Shown: positions 17,520-27,096, numbered from the stretch's first letter. The stretch is DNA of 64,000 nucleotides from Spirochaetia bacterium (GCA_965203905.1 CBDBDQ010000005.1:6688001-6752000), one strand, 5' to 3'. Numbers and translations: made by a program. Notes: generated by a model not told the origin, from the letters alone.

Positions 17520-18758
17520 TCACCGTAGCCTCCCAAGCAGGAAATCGACGAGATTCCGCCATCGAATGCCGTCACGGTTCGCCGGCTGTGCGGTATCGAG
17601 CGACAGAACCAGCTTGGGATGGTTATCGGGCATCTGCCAGAGTGACCGGTATTCCCGCTCGACCGTCTCCTCGTTCGACAGCGAGTAACACACCTGGACG
17701 TAGAGTCGTTCGGTCCGCCGCTCGGCGACGAAGTCGATTTCGTAGTGCCGGAACTTGCCAACGCTGACCGTGTATCCACGGGCGAGCAGTTCCAGGAAGA
17801 CAACGTTCTCGAGTAACCCGGCAATATCGTTGTCCCGGTAGCCAATCAGGCCGTGACGGATACCGATGTCGGTCATATAGAACTTGTCGTAGAGTTCCAG
17901 GCGGCGCATGCCCTTCAGGTCGTACCTCCGGCAGCGGAATACGAGGTAAGCCTCCTCCAGATATGAGAGGTAGTTCTGAACCCGCGATAGAGAAACGCTC
18001 AGTCCCTGCGCCTTCAGGTAGTCCGTCATGCGCTTGGCCGTCGTGATGTTGCCGCAGTTGTCGAACAGGAAGCGCGTGATGCTGTCCAGTTGAGCCGGCT
18101 CTCTGACTTCGTGCCGATTGACCACGTCCTTCAACACGATCGTATGGTAGAGCGAGTTGAGATAGGTGAATACCGGCTCATCTTCCAGACTCAGGTAGTG
18201 AATGCCGGGGAACCCGCCATAGCGCAGGAAGCTGGTCCAGGCCCCCAAGACGTCCGGTGAGCTCCGTTCTATCCCCTGGAATTCGATGAACTCCGAGAAC
18301 AGCAACGGATACACTGGGATCTCGACATACCGCCCCGTGAGCCGCGTTGCAAGGTCGGACGAAAGCAAGCGCGCGTTCGACCCACTGATCGTGACATCCG
18401 CCAACCCATCGGCAACAACCGACGCGATCGCCCGCTCCCACTCGAAGACATTCTGCACCTCATCCACGAACAGGTAGGACTCTGCGCTGCCTCGAAGGTG
18501 GTGGCGAACATAGTCATAGAGCTTGCGGTAGTCGGCGAGGGCCTCGAACTGCAGCGACTCCATGTTGATGCTCAGAATGTTGGCGGGAGACACCCCGCCT
18601 GCAATGAGCCGGTCGATCAGCAGTTGAATGAGCGCGCTCTTGCCGGCTCTCCTGACCCCGGTAATCACCTTGACGAGAGGCTTGTTCATGAAGGGGAGGA
18701 TGCGTTCGGTATACAGGGGTCGCGGGATCAGCTCCAGAATGGCGCTCCTATATGGCAA
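17520..18758 (-). CDS. AAA_14 ATPase with DUF4143
   Basis: GVRRAGKS, FVDEVQ, SGSNA, LTGRYVEIPVYPL, YGGFP, KFYMTDIG, EIDFV...YVQV; lower GC than flanks. Confidence 0.92.
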   Translation of the reverse strand: MPYRSAILELIPRPLYTERILPFMNKPLVKVITGVRRAGKSALIQLLIDRLIAGGVSPANILSINMESLQFEALADYRKLYDYVRHHLRGSAESYLFVDEVQNVFEWERAIASVVADGLADVTISGSNARLLSSDLATRLTGRYVEIPVYPLLFSEFIEFQGIERSSPDVLGAWTSFLRYGGFPGIHYLSLEDEPVFTYLNSLYHTIVLKDVVNRHEVREPAQLDSITRFLFDNCGNITTAKRMTDYLKAQGLSVSLSRVQNYLSYLEEAYLVFRCRRYDLKGMRRLELYDKFYMTDIGIRHGLIGYRDNDIAGLLENVVFLELLARGYTVSVGKFRHYEIDFVAERRTERLYVQVCYSLSNEETVEREYRSLWQMPDNHPKLVLSLDTAQPANRDGIRWRNLVDFLLGRLR

Positions 18759-18895
18759 TCTTATTCATGCCGGAAGGAAAGATTGTGTCATACAGGTATC
18801 TTTTCGCATAGCCCCGGGGCTCCGGCAGGCGGCCGAACGCGGAGGCCTCTCGACCGGCGTGAGTCAGCCGAGCCGGCCCGGCGGCGCGGTTGCGG

Positions 18896-19732
18896 CTACC
18901 ACATGACGTAGCCGCCGGGGGTGTTGACGTCCTGGCCGGTGAAGCTGCCGGCCTCGTCGGAGGCGATGAACACCGCCATGGCGGCGGCATCGTCGGAGGT
19001 GCCGTGGTCCTGCACGTAGCCCTCGGCCTGCAGCCAGTGGCCGCACAGCACCTTGTTGGCCGGCTTGGGGCCGGGCCGGTAGTTGATGTAGGTATTCTCG
19101 TCGAACGGCTCGCCGACGTACTCCGCGAACGCCTTGGCGAGTTCGTGGTCGCGCGCGCTGTGGCCGCCGGGGCAGATGGCGTTGACGGTGATGTTGTAGC
19201 GGCCCACCTCCGCCGCCAGCGTGCGGGTGAGGCCGATCACCGCCATCTTGCTGGTGGCGTAGGACGAGCGATGCGCCAGCGGCTGCTTGCCGGTGGGCGA
19301 GCTGAACATGATGATCCGGCCCCGCCGCCGTTCGATCATCGATGGCAGCGCCGCCTTGCAGCACAGGAAAATCGAGTCGAGATTGACCGCCAGCACCTGC
19401 TTCCACTCGGCCAGCGAGAGGTCCCACAGGTCCTTGGTCGGGCCGGCGATGCCGACCACCGGTGCGACGATGTCGATGTGACCGTACTCGGCGAGCGTGC
19501 GCTCCACCATCTCGTTCACCTGCCGTTCGTCCGACACGTCGGTCCGGAAGCACAGCGCGCGGCTGCCCGCCTCCCGGACCTGCGCCCCGGTGGTTGCGTC
19601 CAGCTCCTCGGGCGGAATCAGGTCGCAGATGGCCAGCAGCGCGCCCTCGGCGGCGAACCGCCTGGCCATGGCCTCCGCGTGGCCGCGCGCCGCGCCGGTT
19701 ATCAGCGCCACCTTGTCTTGCAAGCGTCCCAT
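18896..19732 (-). CDS. Short-chain dehydrogenase/reductase
   Basis: KVALITGAARG, YATSK (YxxxK), NAICPG, FTGQDV. Confidence 0.9.
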   Translation of the reverse strand: MGRLQDKVALITGAARGHAEAMARRFAAEGALLAICDLIPPEELDATTGAQVREAGSRALCFRTDVSDERQVNEMVERTLAEYGHIDIVAPVVGIAGPTKDLWDLSLAEWKQVLAVNLDSIFLCCKAALPSMIERRRGRIIMFSSPTGKQPLAHRSSYATSKMAVIGLTRTLAAEVGRYNITVNAICPGGHSARDHELAKAFAEYVGEPFDENTYINYRPGPKPANKVLCGHWLQAEGYVQDHGTSDDAAAMAVFIASDEAGSFTGQDVNTPGGYVMW

Positions 19733-19774
19733 GGTCTCTCCTCCTTGTCGGTTCCGTTCGTGTCCGCGTGTCGG

Positions 19775-20626
19775 TTACCCGCGCGCGGCGGGTTTGAGGT
19801 AGCCGCTCAGTTCATAGCTCTTGTACGCCGGCTCGGCGTCGCCGCGGTAGTCGGTCAGCAGCGGCTGAATCAGCGCCAGGTCGTCCGCCGGCAGCGACGC
19901 CGACGGCGGCTGGACAGCCATCTGATAGGAGGCGCGCAGCCGCTCGCTCAGCTCGTCGTAGCGCGGCAGGTACCACGTGGTGAGCACGGTGCGCCGACGG
20001 CCGGTGGTGTTGGCGTGCGCCGCGTGCAGCACGCGCGAGTCGCCGACCACCAGGTCGCCCGCCGTCACCGGCACGTCGACCTCGCCGGGCAGCGTCTGGT
20101 AGCCGGCCGTGGTGGCGGGGTCGCGGTGGCGGATGCCGTCGTCGTGGCTGCCGATCAGGTCGTGGGCCTCCAGGCGGCGCCGGTGCGACTGCGGCAGCAC
20201 CCGCAGGCACCCATTCTCGCGCCGCGTGTCGGTGAGGTACCACATCAGAAACAACTGGTGCGGCACTGGGTCGGCGCTCTCCGGCTCCCTCCACCACACC
20301 CAGTCCTGGTGCCAGTACAGCGACGTGGAGTGCGCCTCCTTGCAGATCACCGAACCGGACCAGTAGCGCGCGCCATCGAAGCCCAGCTCGCGCAACGCGG
20401 CCCAGGTGGGCGGCCAGGCAATCAGCTCGACGAACGCCCGATCCTGGAAGCGGATCGACACCACGCTGCCCTGGTTGCCGCGGCGCTGTCTCTCCTCCTC
20501 CGGGTAGGCGTCGAGCAGCCGGTCGCTTGCCAGCCGCAGGCGTGCCAGCAGGTCGCCGTCGAGCAGTCCGGGAAACACGCAGAATCCGTCGTCCAGCAGT
20601 TGCTGCCGCTTGCTCCGCTCGTTCAT
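19775..20626 (-). CDS. Phytanoyl-CoA dioxygenase (PhyH) family protein
   Basis: DDGFCV, WHQD, ENGCLRVLPQSH, AGDLVV...LHAAHAN...RR. Confidence 0.88.
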   Translation of the reverse strand: MNERSKRQQLLDDGFCVFPGLLDGDLLARLRLASDRLLDAYPEEERQRRGNQGSVVSIRFQDRAFVELIAWPPTWAALRELGFDGARYWSGSVICKEAHSTSLYWHQDWVWWREPESADPVPHQLFLMWYLTDTRRENGCLRVLPQSHRRRLEAHDLIGSHDDGIRHRDPATTAGYQTLPGEVDVPVTAGDLVVGDSRVLHAAHANTTGRRRTVLTTWYLPRYDELSERLRASYQMAVQPPSASLPADDLALIQPLLTDYRGDAEPAYKSYELSGYLKPAARG

Positions 20627-20649
20627 CGCGCGCTCCTCACTCCATTCCC

Positions 20650-21705
20650 CTATTCGTATTCCAGGATGGCGCGGCCCATGATCTCGCCCGCCTTGAGCGC
20701 CGCGCACGCCTCGTTGATCTGCTCCAGGCGGAAGCGGTCGGTCACCAGCTTGTCGAGGGGGAACAGACCCTCGCGGTACCAGCGCAGGAAGATCGGGAAG
20801 TCGCGGTCGGGATGGGAGGCGCCGAAGCTGGTGACGTAGCGGCGGTGTGACGACAGCATGTTGCGCGGATCCAGGGTCATCTCGTTTCCGGGCACCCCGA
20901 TCAGGACCGCGGTGCCGCCCTCGTTGTTGGCGCCCATGGCCCCGGGGCGGGTGACCTGGTTGATGATCTCGGTGGTCTGGCGCACGCCGATCGCGTCGAA
21001 CGCGTAGTCGACGCCGCCGCCGCTCAGATCCACGACCGCCTCCACCGGGTCGACCGCGCTCGCGTTCACGGAGTGCGTGGCACCGAACTCACGGGCCAGC
21101 TCCAGCTTGTCGGCGCGCAGGTCCACCGCGATGATCGGATCGGCGCCCCGGATCGAAGCCGCCCGCACCGCCGAGAGCCCCACCCCGCCGACGCCGAACA
21201 CCGCCACCGACTCACCCGGCTGCACCCGCGTGGTGTGGATCACCGCCCCGGCGCCGGTCAGCACCGCGCAGCCGATGATCGAGCACAGGTCGGCCGGCTC
21301 GTCGGCGCCGACCGGCACCAGGTACTGTTCCGAAACCAGGGCGTGCTCGCTCCAGGTGAACACCGGCCACGGGATGAGGCTGTCCCGGTACGTGGCCCCG
21401 CAGGCCCGGTCGTCCCGCCCGAACGGCAACGCCTGGCGCCGCACCCAGGTGACGATGGCATGGTCGCCCTCCCGTACCCGTGTCACGGCGCTTCCAGTGC
21501 GTAGCACCACGCCGGTGGCCTCGTGGCCGAACGCGGTCGGCCGCGCCCGCGCATCGTGCAACTCGTGGACCTGCGAGTGGCAAATGCCGCTGGCGAGCAG
21601 CTTGACGATTGCCTGGTCGGGACGCGGATCGGCAAGCTGCACCTCGTCGATAATCAGCGGCTCGCCGCTGGCCACCTGGATGGCGGCGCGCGTGGTCATG
21701 GGCAT
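20650..21705 (-). CDS. Zn-dependent alcohol dehydrogenase (MDR family)
   Basis: SGICHS, GHEATG, GCAVLTGAGA, VFGVGGVG; structural-Zn cysteines are absent. Confidence 0.9.
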   Translation of the reverse strand: MPMTTRAAIQVASGEPLIIDEVQLADPRPDQAIVKLLASGICHSQVHELHDARARPTAFGHEATGVVLRTGSAVTRVREGDHAIVTWVRRQALPFGRDDRACGATYRDSLIPWPVFTWSEHALVSEQYLVPVGADEPADLCSIIGCAVLTGAGAVIHTTRVQPGESVAVFGVGGVGLSAVRAASIRGADPIIAVDLRADKLELAREFGATHSVNASAVDPVEAVVDLSGGGVDYAFDAIGVRQTTEIINQVTRPGAMGANNEGGTAVLIGVPGNEMTLDPRNMLSSHRRYVTSFGASHPDRDFPIFLRWYREGLFPLDKLVTDRFRLEQINEACAALKAGEIMGRAILEYE

Positions 21706-22146
21706 GGCGGACTCGCCCCTACCTAACCGCCGACCGCGCAATCCGTCAACCCTCCTCTGCAAGGCCCCAGCAAGGCCCGCACGGCGGAGTTCGACTCGGC
21801 CTCTCGCTCGATGGAACACTGAGGTTGCGGTGCCACCGTCCCGGTCTTGCCGGCGACCACCGGAAGCGGTCTCGCCTGGTGGACGATCGGGACCGGCAGG
21901 GCGACCCGGAGCGAAAGCGAAAATAGTTGAGGAGAGTCGCGATTTTTCCGTCCAGATGGGTTGACAAGATTTCTGCCGGCAAGTCGCGGTTGACGCCGGA
22001 CCCCGCCTGAATCGGTCGCGTTTCCGCCCTCAGTGCCCGCTCCCGGCCCGCCACGACCGAATTGCGTCAGAAACCGCCAAACCAGTCCCAACGGCCAGCC
22101 CAGGGGCCAGGAGGGGGCCTCCGAAAACCGGGTGTACCATGCCCCT

Positions 22147-23847
22147 ATGGCATCCGACACGAGCACCTTGCCACGCCAGCCGACCCCGGCGGCGTGCCCC
22201 GAGCCGCCGATCATCCCGCACCCCGCTCCGCCGCTGGCCGGCGCGCTGGGGGCGTCCGGCGCGGGCGAAACCGAGGCCGCCGCGCCGCCCGACCTGGACC
22301 TGCTCGGCAACCGCATCGCCGAGCGCTCCGCCCGCATCCAGGCCGCCAACTACGAGCTGCTCTGCGACCTGCGCGTGTTCGATCGCCGCCACGGCTGGGA
22401 GGGGTTCCGCTCCTGCGCCCACTGGCTCAACTGGCGCATCGGTCTCGACCTCGGCGCCGCGCGCGAGAAGCTGCGCGTGGCGGCGGCGCTCGCGGACCTG
22501 AACCATCTCAGCGCCGCCATGGCCTGCGGGCGGCTGTCCTACTCGATCGTACGCGCCCTCACGAGGGTGGCGACGCCGGCCACCGAGGCACGCCTGATCG
22601 CGGTCGCCTGTGGTGCCACCGCGGCGCAGGTGGAGCGGCTGGTGCGGGCATGGCGCGAGGCCGACCGGGCGGCGCAGCCCGATGCCGAGAAGCTGCGCCT
22701 GGCGCGGCGCATGCTGAGCACGCGGGTGGATGACGACGGCATGCTGGTGCTGCGCGCGCGGCTGACGCCGGAGGTGGGTGCGGTGGTGCTGCGCGCCCTG
22801 GAGGCGGCGCTGGAGCAGGTGCCGGCGTCCGCGGACGACCAGGACAGCGGCATCGGGCAGCGGCGCGCGGACGCACTGGGGCTGGTGGCCGAGAGTGCGC
22901 TGGCCGGCGGCCTCGATCCGGGCACTGCCGGCGACCGCTTCCAGGTGACGGTGCACGTGGACGCGGCCGGGCTTTCCTCCCCCGAGGCGGCCGCTGGCGC
23001 GCGACACGTTTCAGCGGAAACTGCGCCTGGCAACGAAGCCGCCTCCGAACCCGACGAGCCGGCGGCGGACGCCGCGGACCAGGCACCGATCGAGCGCTCC
23101 GGCGATCCCCACGGCCCGACGACGCACGGTCGCGACCAAGTGGCCTCGGCGGCCGACCTCAATGCCGGTCAGGCGCTGATCGAGCCCACTGGCGGTCTCC
23201 ACCGTGCCGAGGCGACGTGCGGGTGCGACCGGGCCGCCCCGGTGTCCGATCCCGAAGCCGGCCAAGCGGTGATCGAGCAGGCCGGTGGGCTCCACGTCGG
23301 CGCGCGGGCGGCGCGCCGGGTCGCCTGCGATGCGGGCCTCGTGGTGCTGCGCCACAGCGCCGACGGTGAGGTGCTCGACGTGGGCCGGCGCACGCGCACC
23401 ATCCCGACCGCGCTGCGCCGTGCCCTCGAGAGCAGGGATCGCAACCAGTGCCAGTTCCCCGGCTGCACCTCCCGGCACTGCGACGCCCATCACGTCGTGC
23501 ATTGGGCGGACGGCGGAGAGACGAAGCTCGGTAATCTGGTCCAGGTGTGTCGATTCCACCACCGCGCGCTGCACGAGGAGGGCTTTCGGGTGGTCGCTGA
23601 CGGTGCAGGGCAGTTCCAGTTCCTGCGCCCGGATGGCGAGCCAGTGCCGGCGGTGGCGCCGGCGCCGCGCTGGGAGGGAGCCGGGGAGCCGCTGGCGCCG
23701 ACCGTGGCGCGCCTGGAGGCGGACGGCATCAGCATCGGGCCGCACACCGCTACCCCCGATTGGTATGGCGAGCCGCTGGACGTGACGGCGGCGCTCGACG
23801 TGTTGTGGGAGCCGCCGGACCGGGAAGGCCCGGTCGTCGCGGGGTAG
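22147..23847 (+). CDS. DUF222 domain + HNH endonuclease (REP13E12-like)
   Basis: SCAHWLNWRIG...AREKLRVA, RVACDA, DVGRRTR, RD..CQFPGC...DAHHVVHWADGGET..NL..C.FHH..LHE. Confidence 0.9.
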   Translation: MASDTSTLPRQPTPAACPEPPIIPHPAPPLAGALGASGAGETEAAAPPDLDLLGNRIAERSARIQAANYELLCDLRVFDRRHGWEGFRSCAHWLNWRIGLDLGAAREKLRVAAALADLNHLSAAMACGRLSYSIVRALTRVATPATEARLIAVACGATAAQVERLVRAWREADRAAQPDAEKLRLARRMLSTRVDDDGMLVLRARLTPEVGAVVLRALEAALEQVPASADDQDSGIGQRRADALGLVAESALAGGLDPGTAGDRFQVTVHVDAAGLSSPEAAAGARHVSAETAPGNEAASEPDEPAADAADQAPIERSGDPHGPTTHGRDQVASAADLNAGQALIEPTGGLHRAEATCGCDRAAPVSDPEAGQAVIEQAGGLHVGARAARRVACDAGLVVLRHSADGEVLDVGRRTRTIPTALRRALESRDRNQCQFPGCTSRHCDAHHVVHWADGGETKLGNLVQVCRFHHRALHEEGFRVVADGAGQFQFLRPDGEPVPAVAPAPRWEGAGEPLAPTVARLEADGISIGPHTATPDWYGEPLDVTAALDVLWEPPDREGPVVAG

Positions 23848-23858
23848 TGAGGTGGGCG

Positions 23859-24875
23859 CTACAACCGGTAGACGCGGCGCGCGGTGCCGCTGAAGAGGGC
23901 GTTCTTGTCGGCTTCGGAGAAGTCGGCGACCATCAGCTTGAACGCGTTGTAGAGTTCGCGATAGGTTACCGAGACCCGGTCCACCGGAAAGTTGCTCTCG
24001 AACATGCAGCGCTCCGGCCCGAAGCAGTCGATCGCGTGCAGGTAGTAGCAGCGCTGGGCATCCACCAGCTCGCGGGCGGTGGCCGGCACGCCGCGCTCCG
24101 CCCACGGGAAGCCGTTGTCCCACATCGCCAAGCCGCCGAGCTTGGCAACCACGTTGGGACAGGCGGCGGCCGCCGTCATGCTCTCGTTCAGCCGTGCGAA
24201 GACCTCGGCCCGCCGGGAGCGGTAGCGGCCGACCCCGACCGGGGTGCCGAAGTGGTCCAATACCATCACTGTCTCGGGTGCGCTCCGTGCAAGGGCGATG
24301 AACTCGTCCATCTGGTAGTGGAAGTGCCAGCTCTCGTAGGGCAGGCCGCGGCGCCCGAGCAGCCGCACGCCGGCCCGAAACGCGTCATCCTGCGCCAGGC
24401 CGGGTGGCGCAGGGCCAGGGGCCTGCTCCGTGCCCGGGCGATGGTCGCCGTATGCCAGACTGTCGCGGATGCAGCAGAAGCATCCGTCACCGGCCTCCTC
24501 GTGGGCGTCGAGCACCTCTTCCAGCGCCGGGCCGAGCGTCAGGTCGGCGTAGGCGATGATGCCGGCGATTTCCGGCCCGGGGCCGGCCCGCGACTGCCGC
24601 GCGATCCGCGCCACCCACTCGGTTTCGCCGACCGGCCGCAGATGCTCCGGGCCTTCGGTGCGGTAGTGCGCCCCGCACTGGGCGAAGACCGTCTGCACCA
24701 CGTTGTGCCCCGTCCACAGGTCGGCGTACAGCTCCTCGAGCCGGTACCCGTCCGGACCTCCCCCACTGCCCGGCCAGTCCTCCGGCATCCGCGCATGCGG
24801 CCACAGATGATGATGCGGCTCCACGATCTCGCGGCCGGGATCGATGATTTCCGCGCCTGCCTCGGTCTCTTGCAT
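23859..24875 (-). CDS. Amidohydrolase_2 family protein
   Basis: PHHHLW, PVGETEW, VLDHFGTP, KLGGL, MFESNFPVD. Confidence 0.9.
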   Translation of the reverse strand: MQETEAGAEIIDPGREIVEPHHHLWPHARMPEDWPGSGGGPDGYRLEELYADLWTGHNVVQTVFAQCGAHYRTEGPEHLRPVGETEWVARIARQSRAGPGPEIAGIIAYADLTLGPALEEVLDAHEEAGDGCFCCIRDSLAYGDHRPGTEQAPGPAPPGLAQDDAFRAGVRLLGRRGLPYESWHFHYQMDEFIALARSAPETVMVLDHFGTPVGVGRYRSRRAEVFARLNESMTAAAACPNVVAKLGGLAMWDNGFPWAERGVPATARELVDAQRCYYLHAIDCFGPERCMFESNFPVDRVSVTYRELYNAFKLMVADFSEADKNALFSGTARRVYRL

Positions 24876-25094
24876 GGGAGACAGATAGCGCGAATCCTCA
24901 CCGGCGGCAAAGCGGGTGGTCAGGAAGCGCGTCTCCACCGCGGACGGCCCGGCAGCGGTGCGTCCGCACCCCCTCGCCGCACGTGGGCGGGAGACGCGGC
25001 TCGGCCGACTCGGCCGGCTGGTTTCGGTTGCTCCGTCGGTTCGATCCCGCTTACCATCCCTCACCCGCCCCGCGTCAGGAGGATTGGTCACAAA

Positions 25095-25628
25095 TTGTCC
25101 GGGAAGAGATCGGCATCCACGTTCACCGTCGTCGTGCTTGCCGTAGCGCTGGTAATCACGGCGTCGATTCTGGTCCACGTGATGTTTGCCAGCGAGGTCA
25201 CCGATCTGACGGTCGAGTTGCTCGCCGCGATCATCGCCGTCGTTCTCGTGGTCGCCTCGGTCGGCGTGACGATTCACTTTCAAGTTCGCTCCGAGACCGA
25301 GCGCGAGTATCGCGTCGAGCTGTTTCGGCAGAAGCTCGAGCTGTACAAGGACACCATCGCGTGCGTCACGCGGGCCGACGACGACGGCGTGATCGACGCT
25401 CACGAGATCGAGGAGATGCGCAACTACGCGCGCATGACCGCCCTGGTAGGCAATCGCGAGCTGGTAAGCTCGCTGGCCGAGTTCGTTGCGGCGGTGGAGC
25501 AGAGCCGCAGCATCACCCGCGACGAAGAGCAGGGTTCCTTCCGCGCCGTGCTGCAGGAGATGCGCAACGACCTGGGGGTGGTGGAAGGAGACGTACGCGA
25601 GGACGTCAAGCGATTGATGAAGAGCTGA
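25095..25628 (+). CDS. Hypothetical two-TM membrane protein
   Basis: Two hydrophobic helices followed by a helical soluble domain; AGGAGG upstream; start uncertain. Confidence 0.65.
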   Translation: MSGKRSASTFTVVVLAVALVITASILVHVMFASEVTDLTVELLAAIIAVVLVVASVGVTIHFQVRSETEREYRVELFRQKLELYKDTIACVTRADDDGVIDAHEIEEMRNYARMTALVGNRELVSSLAEFVAAVEQSRSITRDEEQGSFRAVLQEMRNDLGVVEGDVREDVKRLMKS

Positions 25629-25653
25629 GCCGGGTCGCGCGCCGCCGCGGTCG

Positions 25654-27096
25654 CTACACGCCGAGGTCGAGGTAGGTGTTGGCGATCTTGCTCAGGGCCA
25701 CCACGTAGGCGGCGGTGCGGTAGTCGTCGATCGCGTCGTTGCGGTGGAAGGTCTCGCTGATCTCGTCGTAGGCCTGCCGCATGGTGTCGTCCAGGCCGGA
25801 GCGGACCAGGGTCAGCTCGTCGGCGCCGGAGATCAGGTCGGCGCGCAACGAGGCGTCGGCCGAGCGGCTGGTCATCACCTCAAGTGCGCGCACGATCCGC
25901 TCGCCCCGGCCCTCGTCCAGGCGGCGGTCCATGCGGCCGAAGCGGATGTGCGACAGGTTCTTGATCCACTCGAAGTAGGAGACGGTCACGCCGCCGGCGT
26001 TCACGTACAGGTCGGGCAGCACCGGGATGCCACGCTGCCGCAGGATCTCGTCGCCGCCGTAGGTGACCGGGCCGTTGGCCGCCTCCACCACCAGCCCGGC
26101 CTGCACGGCGGCGGCGTTGCCGCGGTGGATCTGCCCCTCGATCGCGGCCGGGACCAGCAGGTCGCAGGGGGTCGCCAGAAACTCGTCCGCGTCGAGATCC
26201 GTGCGCCCGCCCGGATATCCCTCCACGCCGCCGTTCTGGTCCAGATGATCGCGCAGCCCGACCACGTCGATGCCGCCGTCATCGAGCACCGCGCCCTCGC
26301 GCGTCATCACGCCGACGATCAGCGCACCGTCCTCCTCGGACAGGTACCGGGCCAGGTGGTAGCCGACGTTGCCGAGCCCCTGCACCACGATCCGCTTGCC
26401 CTCCAGCCCCCCTTCGAGGCCGGCCAGCGCCAGATCCTCCGGGCGGCGGAACAGCTCGCGCACCGCGAACTGCACGCCGCGCCCGGTCGCCTCGGTGCGG
26501 CCCGGGATGCCGCCGATGGTGACCGGCTTGCCGGTCACACACGCCAGCGCGTTGATCTCCTCCGGGTGCATGATCCGGTAGATGTCGGCGATCCAGCCCA
26601 TCTCGCGCGCGCCGGTGCCCATGTCGGGGGCCGGCACGTTGCCGCCGGGGCTGAGATAGCCCCGGGAGATCAGCTCGCGGGCGAAGCGCCGGGTGATCGC
26701 CTCCAGCTCGCGCTCCGAGTAGTCTCCCGGTTCAAGGTTCACGCCGCCCTTCGAGCCGCCGAACGGCACGTCCACCAGCGCGCACTTGTAGGTCATCAGC
26801 GCGGCCAGCGCCTCCACCTCGTCCTGGTCGACGCAGCAGGCATAGCGAATGCCGCCCTTTGCCGGCAGCAGGTGCGAGCTGTGCGTGGCGCGCCAGCCGC
26901 GGAAGATGTGGATCACGCCGTCGTCGAGCCGCACCGGGAAGTGCAGCTGCAGCACCGAGTCGCACGCCTTGATCTGCTCCGGCAACCCGGGCGGCAGGTC
27001 GAGGTGCCGCAGCGCCCGGTCCACGGTCAGCGACAGCCCTTCGTTGAAGCTCGGCTCGGCCTCGGCAGCGACGGTCCGTGTGTCGAGAGTGCTCAT
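25654..27096 (-). CDS. gdhA: Glutamate dehydrogenase (Glu/Leu/Phe/Val family)
   Basis: KGGIRY, MTYKCA, PFGGSKGG, VPAPD, GRTEATG, QGLGNVG, EAANGP, NAGGVTVSYFEW. Confidence 0.93.
   Translation of the reverse strand: MSTLDTRTVAAEAEPSFNEGLSLTVDRALRHLDLPPGLPEQIKACDSVLQLHFPVRLDDGVIHIFRGWRATHSSHLLPAKGGIRYACCVDQDEVEALAALMTYKCALVDVPFGGSKGGVNLEPGDYSERELEAITRRFARELISRGYLSPGGNVPAPDMGTGAREMGWIADIYRIMHPEEINALACVTGKPVTIGGIPGRTEATGRGVQFAVRELFRRPEDLALAGLEGGLEGKRIVVQGLGNVGYHLARYLSEEDGALIVGVMTREGAVLDDGGIDVVGLRDHLDQNGGVEGYPGGRTDLDADEFLATPCDLLVPAAIEGQIHRGNAAAVQAGLVVEAANGPVTYGGDEILRQRGIPVLPDLYVNAGGVTVSYFEWIKNLSHIRFGRMDRRLDEGRGERIVRALEVMTSRSADASLRADLISGADELTLVRSGLDDTMRQAYDEISETFHRNDAIDDYRTAAYVVALSKIANTYLDLGV

Noticed and set aside
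17338-19036. SDR 3' repeat as a diversity-generating retroelement TR/VR pair
   Set aside because: Mismatches are not confined to adenines, an indel is present, and no reverse transcriptase is in the window
25036-25052. GGTTCGATCCC tRNA T-arm-like motif
   Set aside because: No acceptor stem, D-arm or anticodon arm could be formed
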